DNA from: Chloroflexota bacterium
Lineage (GTDB): Bacteria > Chloroflexota > Dehalococcoidia > UBA2979
Direction: 5' to 3'
DNA: 58,715 nucleotides
Assembly (NCBI GenBank): GCA_009839925.1
Contig: VXOS01000142.1
Location: 69,110-127,824 of the forward strand
Shown here: positions 57,588 to 58,715 of the stretch, one piece after another
Position numbering within the stretch: the stretch's first letter is position 1
How the letters are laid out: every line of letters starts with the position of its first letter
Position numbers and translations under genes: made by a program
Notes under the pieces: model-generated
Databases searched by the model: none
Told to the model about the DNA's origin: nothing
The model's input: the letters and a program-made list of their open reading frames with translations, nothing else

Positions 57588-58550
57588 ATGACCCCCATCA
57601 CCATCCCCGACCTGCCCCCCGCCGACGGTATCGCCGCCGCCTGGCTCTTCCCGGGACAGGGCGCCCAGCACGTCGGCATGGGCCAGGACCTCGCCGAGGA
57701 GGTTCCCGCCGCCCGCGCCGTCTTCGACGCGGCCGACGAGGCCCTCGGCTTCTCGCTCTCCACGCTCTGCTTCGAGGGCCCCGAGGACGAGCTGCTGCGC
57801 ACCGTCAATACGCAGCCGGCGCTCGTCGCGCACGGCATCGCGGCGCTCGCCGCGGCGATCGACCAGGGCAGCATCAGCGAGGCGCCCGCCCTCCTCGCCG
57901 GCCACTCGCTCGGCGAGTACGCCGCGCTGATCGCGGCGGGCGCGATCAGCTTCGAGGACGGCATCCGGCTGGTGCGCGAGCGCGGGCGGCTGATGCAGGA
58001 GGCCTGCGACGCGCAGGCCGGCACGATGGCCGCGATCCTCGGTCTCGATCGCGACACGCTGGAGCCGATCTGCGCCGACCATGGCGCAGCCGTCTGCAAC
58101 GAGAACGCCGCCGGCAACATCAGCATCGGCGGGACCGCTCAGGCTGTCGAGGCGGCCAGCGCCGCCGCGACCGAGGCGGGCGCCTCGCGGGTGGTGCCGC
58201 TCAAGGTGGCCGGCGCCTTCCACACACCGCTGATGGCGAGCGCCGCCGAGGGCATGGCCGCCGTCCTCGATGCCGCGCCCTTCACGGACCCCGCGACGCC
58301 GGTCGTCTCCAACGTGACGGCGCAGCCGCTGACCGCGGGGGACGCCCTCGCCGCCGAGCTGCGCGATCAGATTACGAGCCCGGTGCTGTGGCTGGACTCG
58401 CTGCGCACGATGCTCGATGCGGGCGTGAGCTCGTTCGTCGAGTTCGGGCCGGGCCGGGTGCTGACCGGGACGGTCGGCCGGACCGATCGTTCGGCCGCCG
58501 TGCGCAACGTCGCGACCGCGTCCGACGCGCGCGGCGGGGACGAGGAGTAG
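57588..58550 (+). CDS. fabD: Malonyl-CoA:ACP transacylase
   Basis: FPGQGAQ, TQPAL, GHSLGEY, GAFHT, EFGPG. Confidence 0.95.
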   Translation: MTPITIPDLPPADGIAAAWLFPGQGAQHVGMGQDLAEEVPAARAVFDAADEALGFSLSTLCFEGPEDELLRTVNTQPALVAHGIAALAAAIDQGSISEAPALLAGHSLGEYAALIAAGAISFEDGIRLVRERGRLMQEACDAQAGTMAAILGLDRDTLEPICADHGAAVCNENAAGNISIGGTAQAVEAASAAATEAGASRVVPLKVAGAFHTPLMASAAEGMAAVLDAAPFTDPATPVVSNVTAQPLTAGDALAAELRDQITSPVLWLDSLRTMLDAGVSSFVEFGPGRVLTGTVGRTDRSAAVRNVATASDARGGDEE

Positions 58551-58554
58551 CGAG

Positions 58555-58715
58555 ATGGTCGCCCAGGCGAACGCGAGGCCACTGCTGGGACGCAACGCCG
58601 CCATCACGGGCGGCGCGGGGGGGGCGCGGCCCCCGGCCGGCGGGGGGGCGCGCGGCGGCGCCGCCCGCCCCGTAATCCGGCGCGAGACCCTCGCGGCGGG
58701 CTCCGTGGTTGGGGG
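58555..58715 (+). CDS. fabG: 5' fragment of a short-chain dehydrogenase, probably FabG; runs into low-quality window end
   Basis: MVAQANARPLLGRNAAITGGA... after fabD; sequence degenerates into G/C runs after ~58615. Confidence 0.55.
   Translation, partial: MVAQANARPLLGRNAAITGGAGGARPPAGGGARGGAARPVIRRETLAAGSVVG

Noticed and set aside
58615-58715. G-rich tract as a G-quadruplex or phase-variable site
   Set aside because: It lies at the window end and breaks the expected TGGxxGIG motif; most likely low-quality terminal sequence

Overview
High-GC bacterial chromosomal segment. The tmRNA tag GERELALAA, F420-type LLM enzyme, expanded CoA-transferase/acyl-CoA dehydrogenase/molybdoenzyme set and Pro/Thr-linker surface proteins suggest a Chloroflexota (Dehalococcoidia-like) host; this is inference. 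Bases ~1-6410 are a four-gene tyrosine-recombinase element: three recombinase-fold genes and a small HTH/coiled-coil gene. Its first recombinase carries an in-frame TGA, and its right end abuts the orphaned 3' half of a dCTP deaminase gene. The remainder is host backbone: hflX; MaoC/CoA-transferase/ACAD; a membrane-anchored tandem HEPN-like protein; a xanthine-dehydrogenase-family cluster with two large subunits plus MoaD; an unusual antitoxin-VapC pair; a cp-ATP-grasp/alpha-E/transglutaminase operon; PBP1C plus alpha-2-macroglobulin; LLM/thiolase/DUF35; PTPS; 2-oxoacid:ferredoxin oxidoreductase; REP-like repeats; tandem S41 proteases; smpB-ssrA; a deacetylase lipoprotein; a radical SAM protein; rnpB; modABC; and yceD-rpmF-fabD-(fabG). 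The best novelty candidates are the recombinase quartet with its dcd target and the HEPN-HEPN-TM-SH3 receptor-like protein. All calls come from reading motifs by eye; no database searches were run.
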